Shown piece after piece: positions 12,091 through 24,042 of a stretch of 64,000 nucleotides of DNA. This stretch comes from Mobula hypostoma (Eukaryota), in contig NC_086124.1 of the NCBI RefSeq assembly GCF_963921235.1, positions 16,368,001-16,432,000 of the forward strand, given 5' to 3'. The position numbers and the translations under genes are program-made. A model generated the notes under the pieces. The model worked only from the letters and a program-made list of their open reading frames with translations, was not told the origin of the DNA and did no database searches. Numbering within the stretch: position 1 is the stretch's first letter; each line of letters opens with the position of its first letter.

Positions 12091-13866
12091 GTCGGGCTTT
12101 TTTTCCTTAAGATACTCTTGACTCAATTTGATTGGAATGTTTTTAAGAGGTGACAAATATAGAGGGTAGTTTGTGAGTTTGACTCTACAATTTGAGGGGG
12201 AGAAATTCAAGATATATCTATCCATATTACAGTGGAGTAAATGAAATTACAGAGGCATGAGAGAGGAGCTGATCAACATCAAATGAAAGGTGGCACAAGC
12301 AGAGATGACAGCATTGCAGCAATGGCTGGAGTTTATAGGAGCAATCTGGAAGGCACAAAACAGTTGTATCACAAAATTGTAAAAACAAGCTTTTCCTTCA
12401 GTGTTTACTCTTCTGCATAGATGCTTTCTGGCCTGCTGACTTCCTCCAGCATTTTGTGTGTGTTGCAAGCATGTAAAGAAGATTGGTTGATTGGCAATGA
12501 GCAGAGTAGGAATAAAGGAGGCTTTTATGATTGTCAGATCCTCTGAATAGCTGCTAGGAAAATTATTAACACATCCCATTAACAGGAATTTTTTCAGGTG
12601 CCTTCAAGTCTGTGGCTGTAAAACCCCTACTTACTAGCTACAGGAATAGATGAAAACTTCCCTTCCTGGGAAAGGTTTCTGAGAAAGACATAATCAAACG
12701 ACACAACTTTCTGAATGAGCCCATTACACTGATACCAATCAGTTGGAATCCATCCATATTCATCCCAACTGCCAGCACTTGTCCTGTAACCTGGGTAATT
12801 CAAGTGATTGCAAGACATTTCTAAAGTACTAAAGGAACTCTGCTTTCACTACTCCCTCGGGTAGAGTGTTCCAGTTACTCACCCTCAACTTACCTCCCAT
12901 GTCCTGCAGGTCTATCTACTCCCGACATGGAGGAAAGCTCTTTGCAACCTATCCGATCTCAACCCCTGATAATTTCATACAACTAAATAATTTCCCCTCT
13001 TAAGCAGGGATTGTGCTGGGTCAGTGCATGTTTGCCATTTACAGCAACTATATGGATGATAATACTGTAATACCGATCAACAAATTTGCGGATGGCACCA
13101 AAATTGAGGGTGTAGGGGACAACGAGGAAGGCTGTTGAAGCTTGCAGTGTAACTTGGGAATTATTGCGTGAATGTGGAGTCACAGGTAGCGAGCACACAG
13201 AGAGCTCTTGGCACATTGACCTTCATAAATGAGTACATAAGTTAGGATGATATGATGAAATTGCAAGAGGCCTAATTCAGAGTAGGGTGTGCAGTTCTAG
13301 TCACCTACCGACAGTTTAACATCTGTCCCAGAAAAGATTTGAAGGTCTAAGAGAGGCGGGAATGTAAGTAGTGAAAATGGGGTAATGAAGGGTGATTATG
13401 GGAATAAATACATTTATGCAAGTTAAATATGCAATTAAGCATGTTCAAAAACAACAAAACATTATCTGATGAAGGGCTGAAGAGTTTTTATATCAGTTAT
13501 TCAGGACTTTCGGTAGTAATGTTACAGACTAACCTTCAATATTGAAGCGGAGTGAAAATAAAACTGACCCCAACCATCTCTCCGGGGAGCATACACACAC
13601 ACACACACAGCAGAAAACTTCAGCTCCGGAAACGATTTAGAAAACCAGCTCGGCACATCCCAACTCGCCTTTTTTTTAAAAGCAAAAAAAAAAATACCTG
13701 TAGAATATACATTAGTATGATTTTCGTATTTCTGTAAAAAGTACTTCCTCATTCTCTTTTGCTGTGACCAAACAGCATTCTCTTTCTTAAGAACTTTCGC
13801 AGCGAGAGCGAAACCCGAATCCTTTCCTGCGCACTTATGGAATGCCCCTTCACAGACACTGTGAGT

Positions 13867-13882
13867 GGCTCTGAAAAGAGCC
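13867..13882 (-). terminator. Retained histone stem-loop of H2A pseudogene 2
   Basis: GGCTCTTTTCAGAGCC, identical to the intact H2A stem-loop; HDE degenerate (GAAGGGGCA). Confidence 0.85.
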
Positions 13883-13913
13883 TTTGGGTAGCCGGGTTTC
13901 ATATTCTCTGTCT

Positions 13914-14212
13914 TCCCTTACTGGATCCTCCGTTTCTTTTGGGTAACAACACGGCCTGGATATTGAGTAACACAACGTCCTGGGCGATCGTCACCCCTCC
14001 TGATGACGCGGTCCTTCTTGTTGTCCCTGGCCGCGTTGCCAGCCAGTTCAAGAATTTAGGCCGTCAGATACTCGAGCACAGAACCCAGAGAGACCGAAGC
14101 TCCGGCACCCACTTGCTCAGCATAGTTGCCCTTTCTCAAGAGCTTATTAACACGGCCCAATAGGAACTGGGCCGGGGACAAGTTCTTCTGCTGGTTTTAC
14201 TTCCTCCATATC
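13914..14212 (-). pseudogene. H2A pseudogene, unit 2
   Basis: H2A homology with the same N-terminal and alpha3/alphaC deletions; start and stop codons are mutated. Confidence 0.95.
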
Positions 14213-14757
14213 AACAAGCTAAGCAACACCCAGCGAATGAGAAAATGCTTCCCGTCCGCGGCCTTCTTGTATGGCCCTGAGGGGATGCAGTGAGACATTC
14301 AGGATTGGTGCATCAACGCTTAAATTCATTGGAGAACAAATAGACCAACAAGAGAGCCGACTTATTTACCAATCAAAATCAAAAGCGCGAAAGTAACTTC
14401 TTACCCGCCGAAAATAAACTGAAACTTGATACCAGCCCGCCAAAAATCCTTTGTTCAAACCTAATCTAAAATCAAATAATTGCAGATCTGCTTGTGGAAT
14501 AATTCTCCGAATTAACCCATCACTGAAGTCTGACATATCTAATGTTTGAGTGCAGCTAATATTGCAGAAGTGTCTCGGGATTTCATTTAACGATATCTCT
14601 ACCCAGAACAAAATTCGATTCTCAGATGCTGTCCCCGTCAGACATTATGTGAACTGCATCATGTTACGGCCGAATTCTTCTCAATCTACGGCTTGAGTTT
14701 AGCCTGCAGTTTGGACAAATTATTGGTTGAAGTACCGTCTGGCATTGAAATTGAATG

Positions 14758-14798
14758 CAGCTCTGTTAACGATATAGTGAGTGGCTCTTAAAAGAGCC
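14758..14798 (-). terminator. Histone stem-loop and HDE, H2B unit 2
   Basis: GGCTCTTTTAAGAGCC at 14783-14798 followed by AACAGAGCTG. Confidence 0.95.
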
Positions 14799-14830
14799 TT
14801 TGGGCTTTCGGTTTGTTTTGGCAACACTCT

Positions 14831-15202
14831 TCACTTGGAGCTGGTGTACTTGGTCACTGCCTTTGTCCCCTCCGACACGGCGTGCTTGGCCAGCTCCCCG
14901 GGCAGCAGTAGGCGCACTGCGGTCTGGATCTCCCGAGAGCTGATGGTCGATCGCTTGTTGTAATGGGCTAGGCGGGAAGCCTCGCCAGCGATGCGCTCGA
15001 AAATGTCATTCACGAACGAGTTCATGATGCTCATGGCTTTGGAGGAGATGCCGGTGTCAGGGTGAACCTGCTTCATCACTTTGTAGATATAGATGGAGTA
15101 ACTCTCCTTCCTCAGCCTCCTGCGCTTCTTACCAGACTTGCCTGATGGCTTCGGCAGCGCTTTCTTGGCGCCCTTCTTGGGAGCAGGTTTCTGATCGGGC
15201 AT
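14831..15202 (-). CDS. H2B: Replication-dependent histone H2B, unit 2
   Basis: Intact 123-aa H2B ORF with stem-loop at 14783-14798 and a conserved promoter. Confidence 0.98.
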   Translation of the reverse strand: MPDQKPAPKKGAKKALPKPSGKSGKKRRRLRKESYSIYIYKVMKQVHPDTGISSKAMSIMNSFVNDIFERIAGEASRLAHYNKRSTISSREIQTAVRLLLPGELAKHAVSEGTKAVTKYTSSK

Positions 15203-15254
15203 TTTTTCACTCGAGTTCAGACTTGGACAAGCGGTAGTGCCATCGGAGCGCGTA

Positions 15255-15401
15255 TTAAATAGGAAATGCGACGTCGGTATGCTAATCAGGGAATGGAGTA
15301 TCAGAGGATGTTCATTGGCTACATTAGGAGACGAATCACCATCGAAATTTCAACGACAAATCCTATATTTGGATATCAGAACAATCGCTCGCTCCACCAA
15401 T
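15255..15401 (-). promoter_or_regulatory. H2B promoter, unit 2
   Basis: TATTTAA at 15255-15261, GACGTC core, ATGCTAAT at 15279-15286, CCAAT boxes in both orientations. Confidence 0.85.
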
Positions 15402-15484
15402 CAGAAGCCTCTCCCAGCCGACTGACCCGGAACCATGCCGGGAAGTGACTGTTCTCCGTGCCCTTCATTGCGACTGCAGGGGTA

Positions 15485-16640
15485 CAGTAAGAAGGTAGAG
15501 AGATGCTGGGTGTTGAGCAAGCTCAGGCCCGCAGGATACGTAGTGGTGCATTCAGAACATCACCTATATCAGCTCTCCAAGTCGAAATGGGGGAAATGCC
15601 ATAAAGACTTAGAAGAATAAAGCTAAGAATAAGCTAATTACTGGGTTAACATCATCATGGGACATAACTACTCACATCCAGCTAAAGCTATATTAAAAGA
15701 CTTCTGGGAACATAATAAGTCAATTTATAATAGCTTTGGATGGATCGGAGATGCAGCAGCAGAAAAATATGGTCTACACGAAACGGAATATAGCCCTACA
15801 GTTCCAAAATCTGATGTTCCTCCTTGGCTCTTTACAATGCATACAGTAGATAAAAACCTGCTACAACCTTTAAAAAAGTCTAACTGTGGAATCAAACAGA
15901 TAGTACAAAAATATATAGATTCACATTTTAGAAATGAACTTGTAATATTTACAGATGGATCAAAACACCCTAGATCTCGCCACACAGGTATTGCAGTCTA
16001 CATTCCTCAGAGCAAAACTAGTAACAGGAAAAGAACATCAAACCATTTATTAGTGTATACAACAGAATTAATGGCAATATTAGATTATGAAGACACTCAG
16101 TCCTCATTTATTGTCATTTAGAAATGCATGTATTATCTTATGTTTTGAGTGCATTATCTTGGATAGAAGAAAATAATATCAAAAAGGCTGTAATCTGTTC
16201 AGACAGTTGATCTGCATTAATCTCAATCAAATCAAGAAAATCAGAAAGTAGACAGGATATTTCATTGGAGATTTTATGCAAGTTATATACACTGACCAAA
16301 AATGAGGTAGAAGTAAGCTTTCTTTGGGTTCCTGCTCATTGTGGAGTGGAGGGTAATGAAAAGGTGGATAGTACAGCTAAACAGTCGCTCAAATCGTCTA
16401 TAATAGAGGTCCAGATCCCTCTCAGCAAAGTGGAAGTCAAAAGTATTGAGGAGACATGGCAGAAGCATTGGGATGAGAGTGAAACAGGGAGACAACTGTA
16501 CAAAATAGAGAGGCAAGTCAGATACAGAACATTGTCAAGTGGATATAGAAAGACAGAAGTGATCATCAGTCATTTGAGAATCGGACACACTAATCTTAAT
16601 TATACATTACACAAAATAGGGAAACATCCAACTGGACATC
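15485..16640 (+). mobile_element. I/Nimb-type LINE fragment (RT C-terminus and RNase H)
   Basis: ORF 15657-16121 (IFTDGSK...TELMAI) and ORF 16265-16771 (FLWVPAHCGVEGNEKVD...HLRIGHT). Confidence 0.88.
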
Positions 16641-16985
16641 TTCTCACCCTGTCTCTTGCACTCACAGCTATCTGGACTATTCCTCTTCTCACCCTGTCTC
16701 TTGCAAAAATGCCATCCCCTTCTTGCAATTCCTCCGTCTCCACCACATCTGCTCTCAGGATGAGTCTTTAAAATTCCAGGACGAGGGAAATGTCCTCCTT
16801 TTTTAAAGAAAGGGGCTTCCCTTCCACCACCATCAACTCTGCTCTCAAACGCATCTCCCCCATTTCACGCACATCTGCTCTCACTCCATCCTCCCGCCAC
16901 CCCACTAGGAATAGGGTTCCCCTGGTCCTCACCTACCACCCCCCAGCCTCCGGCTCCAACATATTATTCTCTGTAACTTCCGCCA
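16640..16985 (+). mobile_element. Penelope-like element internal fragment (RT C-terminal/linker region)
   Basis: YLDYSSSHPVSCKNAIPF..FLRL and MSSFFKERGFPSTTINSAL...RVPLVLTYHP. Confidence 0.8.
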
Positions 16986-17259
16986 CAAAACCCAATTTAA
17001 AAAAAGATGATCACCCAATCTACATAGAGAGTAAAAAAACAAATCAATTCATGCAAACAATAAAGCAAGCATCAGTTTTCAGAATGAAATTGAGTCTATA
17101 AACCTGAAGCCAAAGAGGATGAGACTACGCAAGTCCAGTTCAGCCTCCTCTGGATTAGAGTTAAGAGACTAGTTTGGCCTCCTATGGAATACTCCATTCT
17201 AATCCAGTTGGTGCATTATAGGAAAGAATTGAAGATTTTGGAGAGGATTCAGATTTAGG

Positions 17260-19492
17260 CCACAAAAACAGAAAAAGGTCATTCAGTCCATCGATTTTGC
17301 TCTGTTATTCCATCATATCTGAGTTATTAACCCTGTCAATCACATTTTTTCGGCCTTATCTCTGTAATCTTTGACTCCCAACAAATCAAAAACCTATCTA
17401 ATTGCGCTTATATATGCTCAGTTACTTGGCCTCCACAGATGTCTGTGACAAAAAAAAAACACTGAATAACTACCCACTGGCTCGAGAGATTCCTCCTCAT
17501 TTCTGTTCTCAACAGCAATCTCTTTATTCCGTGGCTGTGCCACCTGGTCCTCAACTCACCCAGTACAGAAACATCCTCACCACATCTTCTGTATTCAGGC
17601 CTTTTCATATTCGATAGATTTCAATAAGATCACGCCTCATACTTCTGAACTCCAATGAGTTGAGGCCCAGAGCCATTAAGTGCACAAAATGCATTCACAC
17701 TTTCACTCCTGGAATCATTCTTGTGAACCTCCTCTGGATCCTCTTGAACACCAGCACAACCCTTCTTAGATAATAGACTGAAAACTGCTCACAACACAGC
17801 AAGTGCAGTCTAACCAATGCCTTATAAAAAAGCTTCAGCTTTACATCCTTGTTTTTTTGTTCTTGTCCTGTCAAAATGAATACTAACATTGAATTTCCCT
17901 TCCTTACCACTGACTCAACCAGCAAGATGTGATTTACGGAATCCTGCACAAGTACTCCCAAGTCCCTTTGCACCTCTGACTTTTTAATCTTCTCCCTCTT
18001 TAGAAAACAGTCTATACTTTCCTTTTCCTTCTACCAAAGTACAATATCATACACTATATTGCATCTGAAACTCCTTTGTCCATTCTCAAAATCTGTCTAA
18101 CTCCTTTTGTAGACTCCCAGCTTCTTCAAAACTTCCTGCCTCCCATCCATAATTGTATCATCAATTAACAGGACTGAAAGAAGCTGCAGAAGGTTATAAA
18201 TCTAGTCAGTTCCATCTTGGTTACTAGCCCACAAAGTACGCAGGACATCTGCAGGGAGCAGTGTCTCAAAAGACAGCATCCATTATTAAGGACCTTCAGC
18301 AACCAGGGCATGCTCTCTTCTCACTGTGACCATCAGGTAGGAGGTACAATAGCCTGAAAGCACACACTCAGCGATTCAGGAAAAGCTTCTGAAACAGCCC
18401 CTCTGCCATTCAATTCCTAAATGGACATTGAATCCTTGGACACTACCTCACATTTATTTTTAATACAAAGTATTCTGGTTTTTTGCACTTTTTAAAATCT
18501 ATTCAATATACGTATACTGTAATTGATTTACTTGTTTATTTATTATTATTTTTTATTTTATTTATTGTTATTATTTTTTCTCTCTTCCAGATTATGTGTT
18601 GTATTGAACTGCTGCTGCTAAATTATCAAATTTCACGTCACATGCCGTTGATAATAAACCTGATTCTGATTTTGATTTTGAACCTGGCCATAATGCCATC
18701 AATTCTATCATCCAAATCATTTACATAAGATGAAAAGGAGTTGTCCCACCACATAAATTGCAGTAAACCACCAGTTACTGGCAGATACCCAGAATATGCC
18801 TCCATTATTCCCATTCTTTGGCTCGTGATCTTCAGCCAATCTTCTATCCATACTAGTACCTTTCCTATAATACCATGGGTTCTTACCTTCTTAAGCAACC
18901 GCATATTTAGCAACTTGCACAAGCCTTTCTGAAAATCCAAATAAACAACACCTACCGACTCTCCTTTGTCTATTTTGCCTGTTATTTCCTCAAAGACTTG
19001 CAACAGGTTTGTCAGGCAAGATTTCTCCTTTTGAAAACCCTGCTGACTTTGCCCTAGCTTATCATGTGCCTTCAAGTACTTTGAAAATTCATCAATGACA
19101 ATGGACTCCAACATCTACCCAACCACTGAGTCAGACTAACTGGTCTATAACTTCCTTCCTTCTGCCTCCCTCCCTTCTTAAAATTGTAATGGCATTTTCA
19201 ATTTTCCAGTTCTCTGGAACCATACCTGAATATAGTGATTCTTGAAAGATCATTATTAATGCCTTCACAATCTCTTCAGCTAACTCTTTCAGAACCCATT
19301 TAGTCCAGTTGACTTATCTACCTTAAAGCATTCCAATTGCCTAAGCACCTTCTCCCTCCAGTAGCAACTGCATTCACTTATATCCCCTGACACTCTCCAA
19401 TTTCCATCATACTGCTAGTTTCTTCTACAGTGAAGACTGATGCAAAATAATTATTCAGTTGATCTGTAATTTTCTTGTCCCCCGTTACTACC
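17260..19492 (-). mobile_element. Paralogous CR1 fragment with the same nested Rex-like 3' end (~18170-18680)
   Basis: ORFs 17695-17973 and 18638-19114; collinear with 7270-9443. Confidence 0.85.
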
Positions 19493-22400
19493 TGATATTG
19501 ATCAGCTCAGCAGAGGTGTACGAAGCTGTCGACCAGAGGAAACTGCAGTCTAATCAAGGACAGGGGAAGCAAACAATCCAGTTGTCTTTGTTTCACCCTT
19601 TTTGTGGACTCTAAACTGATTCTTGCAGTTGGGTAATCTAATCAGAGCAACTGAATGTGGAGCCAGGAAGCTTCTAGTAATGAACTGCTAAACCTGACAC
19701 CATTCTCAAGCAAGTAGCCGTTTGTTATGCCATGGCATGGACTGTGATCTGATTCTTCACTCTGGGACAATCTAATCAAAGCAAGAAATATGAGACCGTT
19801 CTCAGAGGAGTAGCTACTTGTCATGTAAAATACCAGACCTGCAGTCTGTAGTCTCATTAGACTCTGTCTGCGTTGCCTCATTTAACTGGTTTGGACCAGT
19901 CAGAGTGTAAAGGCACAAATACAAAAGGCTGGGGTGGGCAGAACCATGAAACGTTGTTGGTTGTCACCTGTACAATGATCAGTAAGCAGGTGATCCAGGT
20001 ACATCAGGTGACCGATAGCCAATTGGATGGAGATGCAATGGTTCAATTGATGTGAAATAGTACAAGACTCAAGAGCTCCGAAAGCAAAGGGCAATCACTC
20101 TCCAGCAGCCAGAGAGCAACCACTGAGGATAAGGAGGACCCCAAAGACACGTGGAGATTGGGACCATGAGGAACGCCAGTCCAGTGCAGACTCCTTTCCC
20201 AGGTAATACCTTTTCTCTTCATTGACTGTTCATAGAGTATCAGGAATTCTAGCAGGGAGCACACAGGTAGATAAGGGTGTGAACCCACATGCTTTTTAAA
20301 TGAAATAATAAAAGTTACTTGTTGCCAAATACAAATTTTCTGTGCCTTACTGATCATTATTACAAGGGGCAATTCTTGTAACAGAATTGGCATCCCTGGG
20401 TGGGCTCGAGGAAAAAATCTCTTTGTTCAGCAGGAGCCTCGAGTCAGACCACGTGCTTGAGGTACATAGATCTGGGGCTGGGTAATTATTGGTTACTCAC
20501 CCAGGATAAAGTATTCAGGAAATTCCGCAAGTCCACAGGTGGATTATTTTGATGCAAGGGGATACCTCCAGAGATACATGTTGGGGTAAATGGCCACATT
20601 ATGAGAAGTTTGTCGTTCACCCTGTCCATGAACGGAAAACTGCTGGTGATGCCCTGTGGAAAATCGCCCAAGGGAAGCTGTTGAACAGGAAGTTTAAACA
20701 ATTACAAAAACCAGTAGCAGTTGGTTGTTTTACTGAGGATTTGATAGAGTTACAACAAAATGCTAAAGAAGAATGGCATAGATTACAAACAGAAAATGAA
20801 TGTCGGCATAAAGCAGAGGCTGAGCAAGATAGGTTACAATAGGCAATCCTAGAATATCTCCAAAATGCTGAAACCCGGTGAGACATGTTACCGCAGGAAA
20901 TCCTAGAATATCAGCTGAAAGCTGAAGCCAAGCGAGATAGGTTAGAAGGAGAACTCAAATTATTCCATAAGGAAGTAGAATCCTTTAGAGAAAGGGTTAT
21001 TGATTAATAGTGTCAGAGAGAGATTGACTTGATGTCGATGAGCCAGTTTCAGTTAAAGTCTGAGAGAGAGAAAGCAAGCGAGAGCGTGAGAGAGCGCGCG
21101 AGCAACCACGAGAGAGAGAGAGCGCGATCCAGAGAGCGCCATGGCAGAGTGTTCAAAACCAAAAAGAAAATATGAAACATATGTCACCCCAGACTACACT
21201 AAAGTGTACCCCTGCCTAATAGGGATCAAAAATAATGACAGTGTTGCTCGCTGCACTGTTTGCAACAGTGACTTTTCTATTGCCCATGGTGGGTTAAGAC
21301 TGTAAAAGACACGTTGAGGTGAGTTTAACAGGTGTCATTCGTTCATTAGCATAGCTAACATTATTTAAACTAGCTGGCTAGCTGCTAAGGAGCTACTCTC
21401 TTGCAGATATCCCACCTCTCCGGGAAGTTCCAGGAATCTCCCGCAAATTGTGGTGCTACCTCCCTGAAATGATTTTTGCAGGGTGGGATGTCTGTTAAGG
21501 AATCAGTGAAGTGATTTAAAAATGGCTATGAATATGATTCAGAAATCAGCACAGGAAAGGAAGAGTAACACTAGCGATCATGCAAAGTGTTTAAAACATA
21601 TTCAAAAACTGCAGGACCAACTTACACAGCAAGGTATAATATGTGCTTTTGGATCTGAAAAAGGGAAAGAAGGTGAATATGGACATTGATTGGCATGATT
21701 TAGCAGACAAAGCTACTAGATACGCTGACAATAATTACAGAGCATCATTTCCGGAGGAACTCCCACCAACACCATACTAACGGGAGCCGGTCCTACCATC
21801 TGCACAATTGGCACCCCTAGTTACTCTCAGAGGGGGGGGAACAGGGGAGCAAATCAAAATCAGAATAGAACAAACACCACACCATTTGGGATACAGCAGC
21901 TTAGAGATATTGCTAAGGATATGGGAACATGTGTGCTCGGGGAGGACACGAGAGATTTTCCAAGCAATTAGTCATCAGAGAATAATACATTGACTAGACG
22001 ATTCTGAGGAAAGGAAAAAGATTATAATATGCTTTTAAAAAATAATAATATGCTTACACACAAGTATACACTCACCTTTGTCAGATATACAATGACATGG
22101 TGGGGGAACAAGTGAGGGACTGTAAAACACAATAATGAGTGTCATGGGTGTTAATAAAGGGGACCCAGTAGATGTGCTAGCCAAATGTTACCAGAGGAGA
22201 GGTGAACATCCTGGTTATGGACTGTGTTCCAAGGGGTTTATTGGACAGCATTAGAGCAGGACCCTTTTGGACCAGAGGTCTCAAATAGATGGTTGAGGGC
22301 ACTGGTGTCTCACTGTACTAATGAATCTAAAAAGGCAGTGGAAATGTTTGATCCTTTTGAACTCATACATACTGAGGCATGGGTACTGAGGAAAATGTGT

Positions 22401-23230
22401 AGAGCGTGGGAAAAAGAGATACAAAGCCCAAATAAACTCGCTAATGGATGGTGACGCCTATTAAAAGTCAGGTACCTGCATGGAGAAATGAGGGTAGGGG
22501 ACCTACAGCGAGGGCCTCCCTGCCGCACTATCAAGGGACAAGGAAGAGCAGAGGAAATGGAACAGGCAGAACTGAAGGTGCAGTAATTAAATGCTACAAC
22601 TGTGGTCAAAAGGGGCACATTAAGAGAGAATGTCCAATCCAGAGACGAGAAAGAACAGAGCAATGCGGTTTGCCCTTGGAGGGGCCAGAAAGGTGGAGCC
22701 TACAAAATAACATAGCTGAGACACCTCCATCTAGGGAATTGTACTCTGGGCTTCAATGATGGAGTCAGGCCTCACCAACCTGGGTGTGTGACACAAGGTG
22801 GGATGAAACCGGAAGACCTCCAGTGAGTGGTAGGGCCAGAGGACACACTGTTACCTTTTTGGGGGATACTGCAGGATCCCAAACCACTGTCAGCATCACT
22901 AATATAAATAATGTAAATTGGAAGATACAAGGTAAAATTATCCAAAGTGGATTCACAGGACATTCACAATTGGGACATGTGAGTGTACCATTGGAAGTTA
23001 GAATAGGAGCCATATCATTGAAGCATTCAATAGTGTTGGTGAAATTACCCAGGGAGCAGGACCATATACAGGGGTGTGATTATATGGCCAAAGCGGGGCT
23101 TTGCTTTGACCCAGTTAATTGTATGATTTGGCAGATGCCAGTTGGCATGAATAACATGCGTGCGCAGCTCTCCAGTGAAAATGATATTGTGTCCGTAAAA
23201 TAGGGGCCGTGGACAATTTTGATTTGATGG
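19493..23230 (+). mobile_element. Retrovirus-like LTR element: LTR (19493-20383), tRNA-Asn PBS (20388-20409), decayed gag and protease; 3' truncated
   Basis: PBS TGGCATCCCTGGGTGGGCTCGA; coiled-coil ORF 20549-20842; CYNCGQKGHIKREC knuckle in ORF 22448-22759; aspartic protease FLGDTAGS...HIQGCD in ORF 22784-23203. Confidence 0.9.
21010..21494 (+). mobile_element. Non-autonomous hAT-like DNA transposon remnant inserted in gag, with a BED-finger-like exon and terminal inverted repeat
   Basis: GA-rich tract, then gcgccATGg at 21141 reading MAECSKPK...ARCTVCNSDFSIAHGG/DCKRHVE, donor gtgagt at 21319, and inverted repeat cagatatcccacc...ggtgggatgtctg at 21404-21494. Confidence 0.65.
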
Positions 23231-23757
23231 AGAATGGACGTAAAAGCACAGAGGAACATCTGGAGAAATTTCTGAAACGCCCGTTCGCTGCTATCGTTAC
23301 TGTGTGGTCGTGAATCTTTTGGAGGGTAGGCCTCAAAATCCCCGGCCTTGCCTGCTTTTGGTGACCAAGAAGGAGGTCAAATTGTTCGGACAGAGATGGC
23401 GCTCAGTACTCGGTGTCGGAGAGCTGATCAGAGCCCAAAATTTTCGGATGACTCAGAGTCCGATTGTGGTAGGCATGGCAGGGAGAGTTTTTCTTCCTTC
23501 TCCTGTCTGCGTGAGATGTGGGACATTTGAGAAACTTTGAACTTTACAGTGCTCACGGACTTCTTCAAGTTATGGTATTGTTACCCTGTTTGTAACTATA
23601 TGTTATAATTATGTTGTTTTGTCAGTTTTTTCAGTCTCGGTTTGTCCTGTGTATTGTGATATCACACCGGAGGAAATAATGTATCATTTCTTAATGCATG
23701 CATTACTAAATGACAATAAAAGAGGAATATGTGTCTTCATAATCATCATAGTCATAA
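23230..23757 (+). mobile_element. Unclassified SINE-like retroposon ending in AATAAA and a short (cataat)-like tail
   Basis: CpG-rich body that replaces the pol region of the LTR element. A reverse-complement copy of its 3' end lies at 16083-16130. Confidence 0.5.
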
Positions 23758-24042
23758 CATACACAACATGCAGACCCAGCAGGAGTATATCGGGATAGAA
23801 TACGCACAACGGGTGAAATGTGGGTAAAACTGGAGGAGATGAGCAATGATCAGAAGGTGCAGCAAATCATTGCACAGAACTCGCAGGGATTGCAACGCAC
23901 AAGCATGACTGCAGAAAGACGGCTGCAGACTTGTCTGCTTCCCCTGTCCTTGACTAGACTGCAGTTTCTTCTGGCCAACAAAGCAGAACCAATACAGTTA
24001 TTGATGTGGCACAAGATGAGATGGACAGCATTACCAGTGAAG

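Noticed and set aside
20388-20409. tRNA-like sequence (also at 10342-10363)
   Set aside because: It is only the complement of a tRNA 3' end including CCA, directly after an LTR, so it is a primer-binding site and not a tRNA gene.
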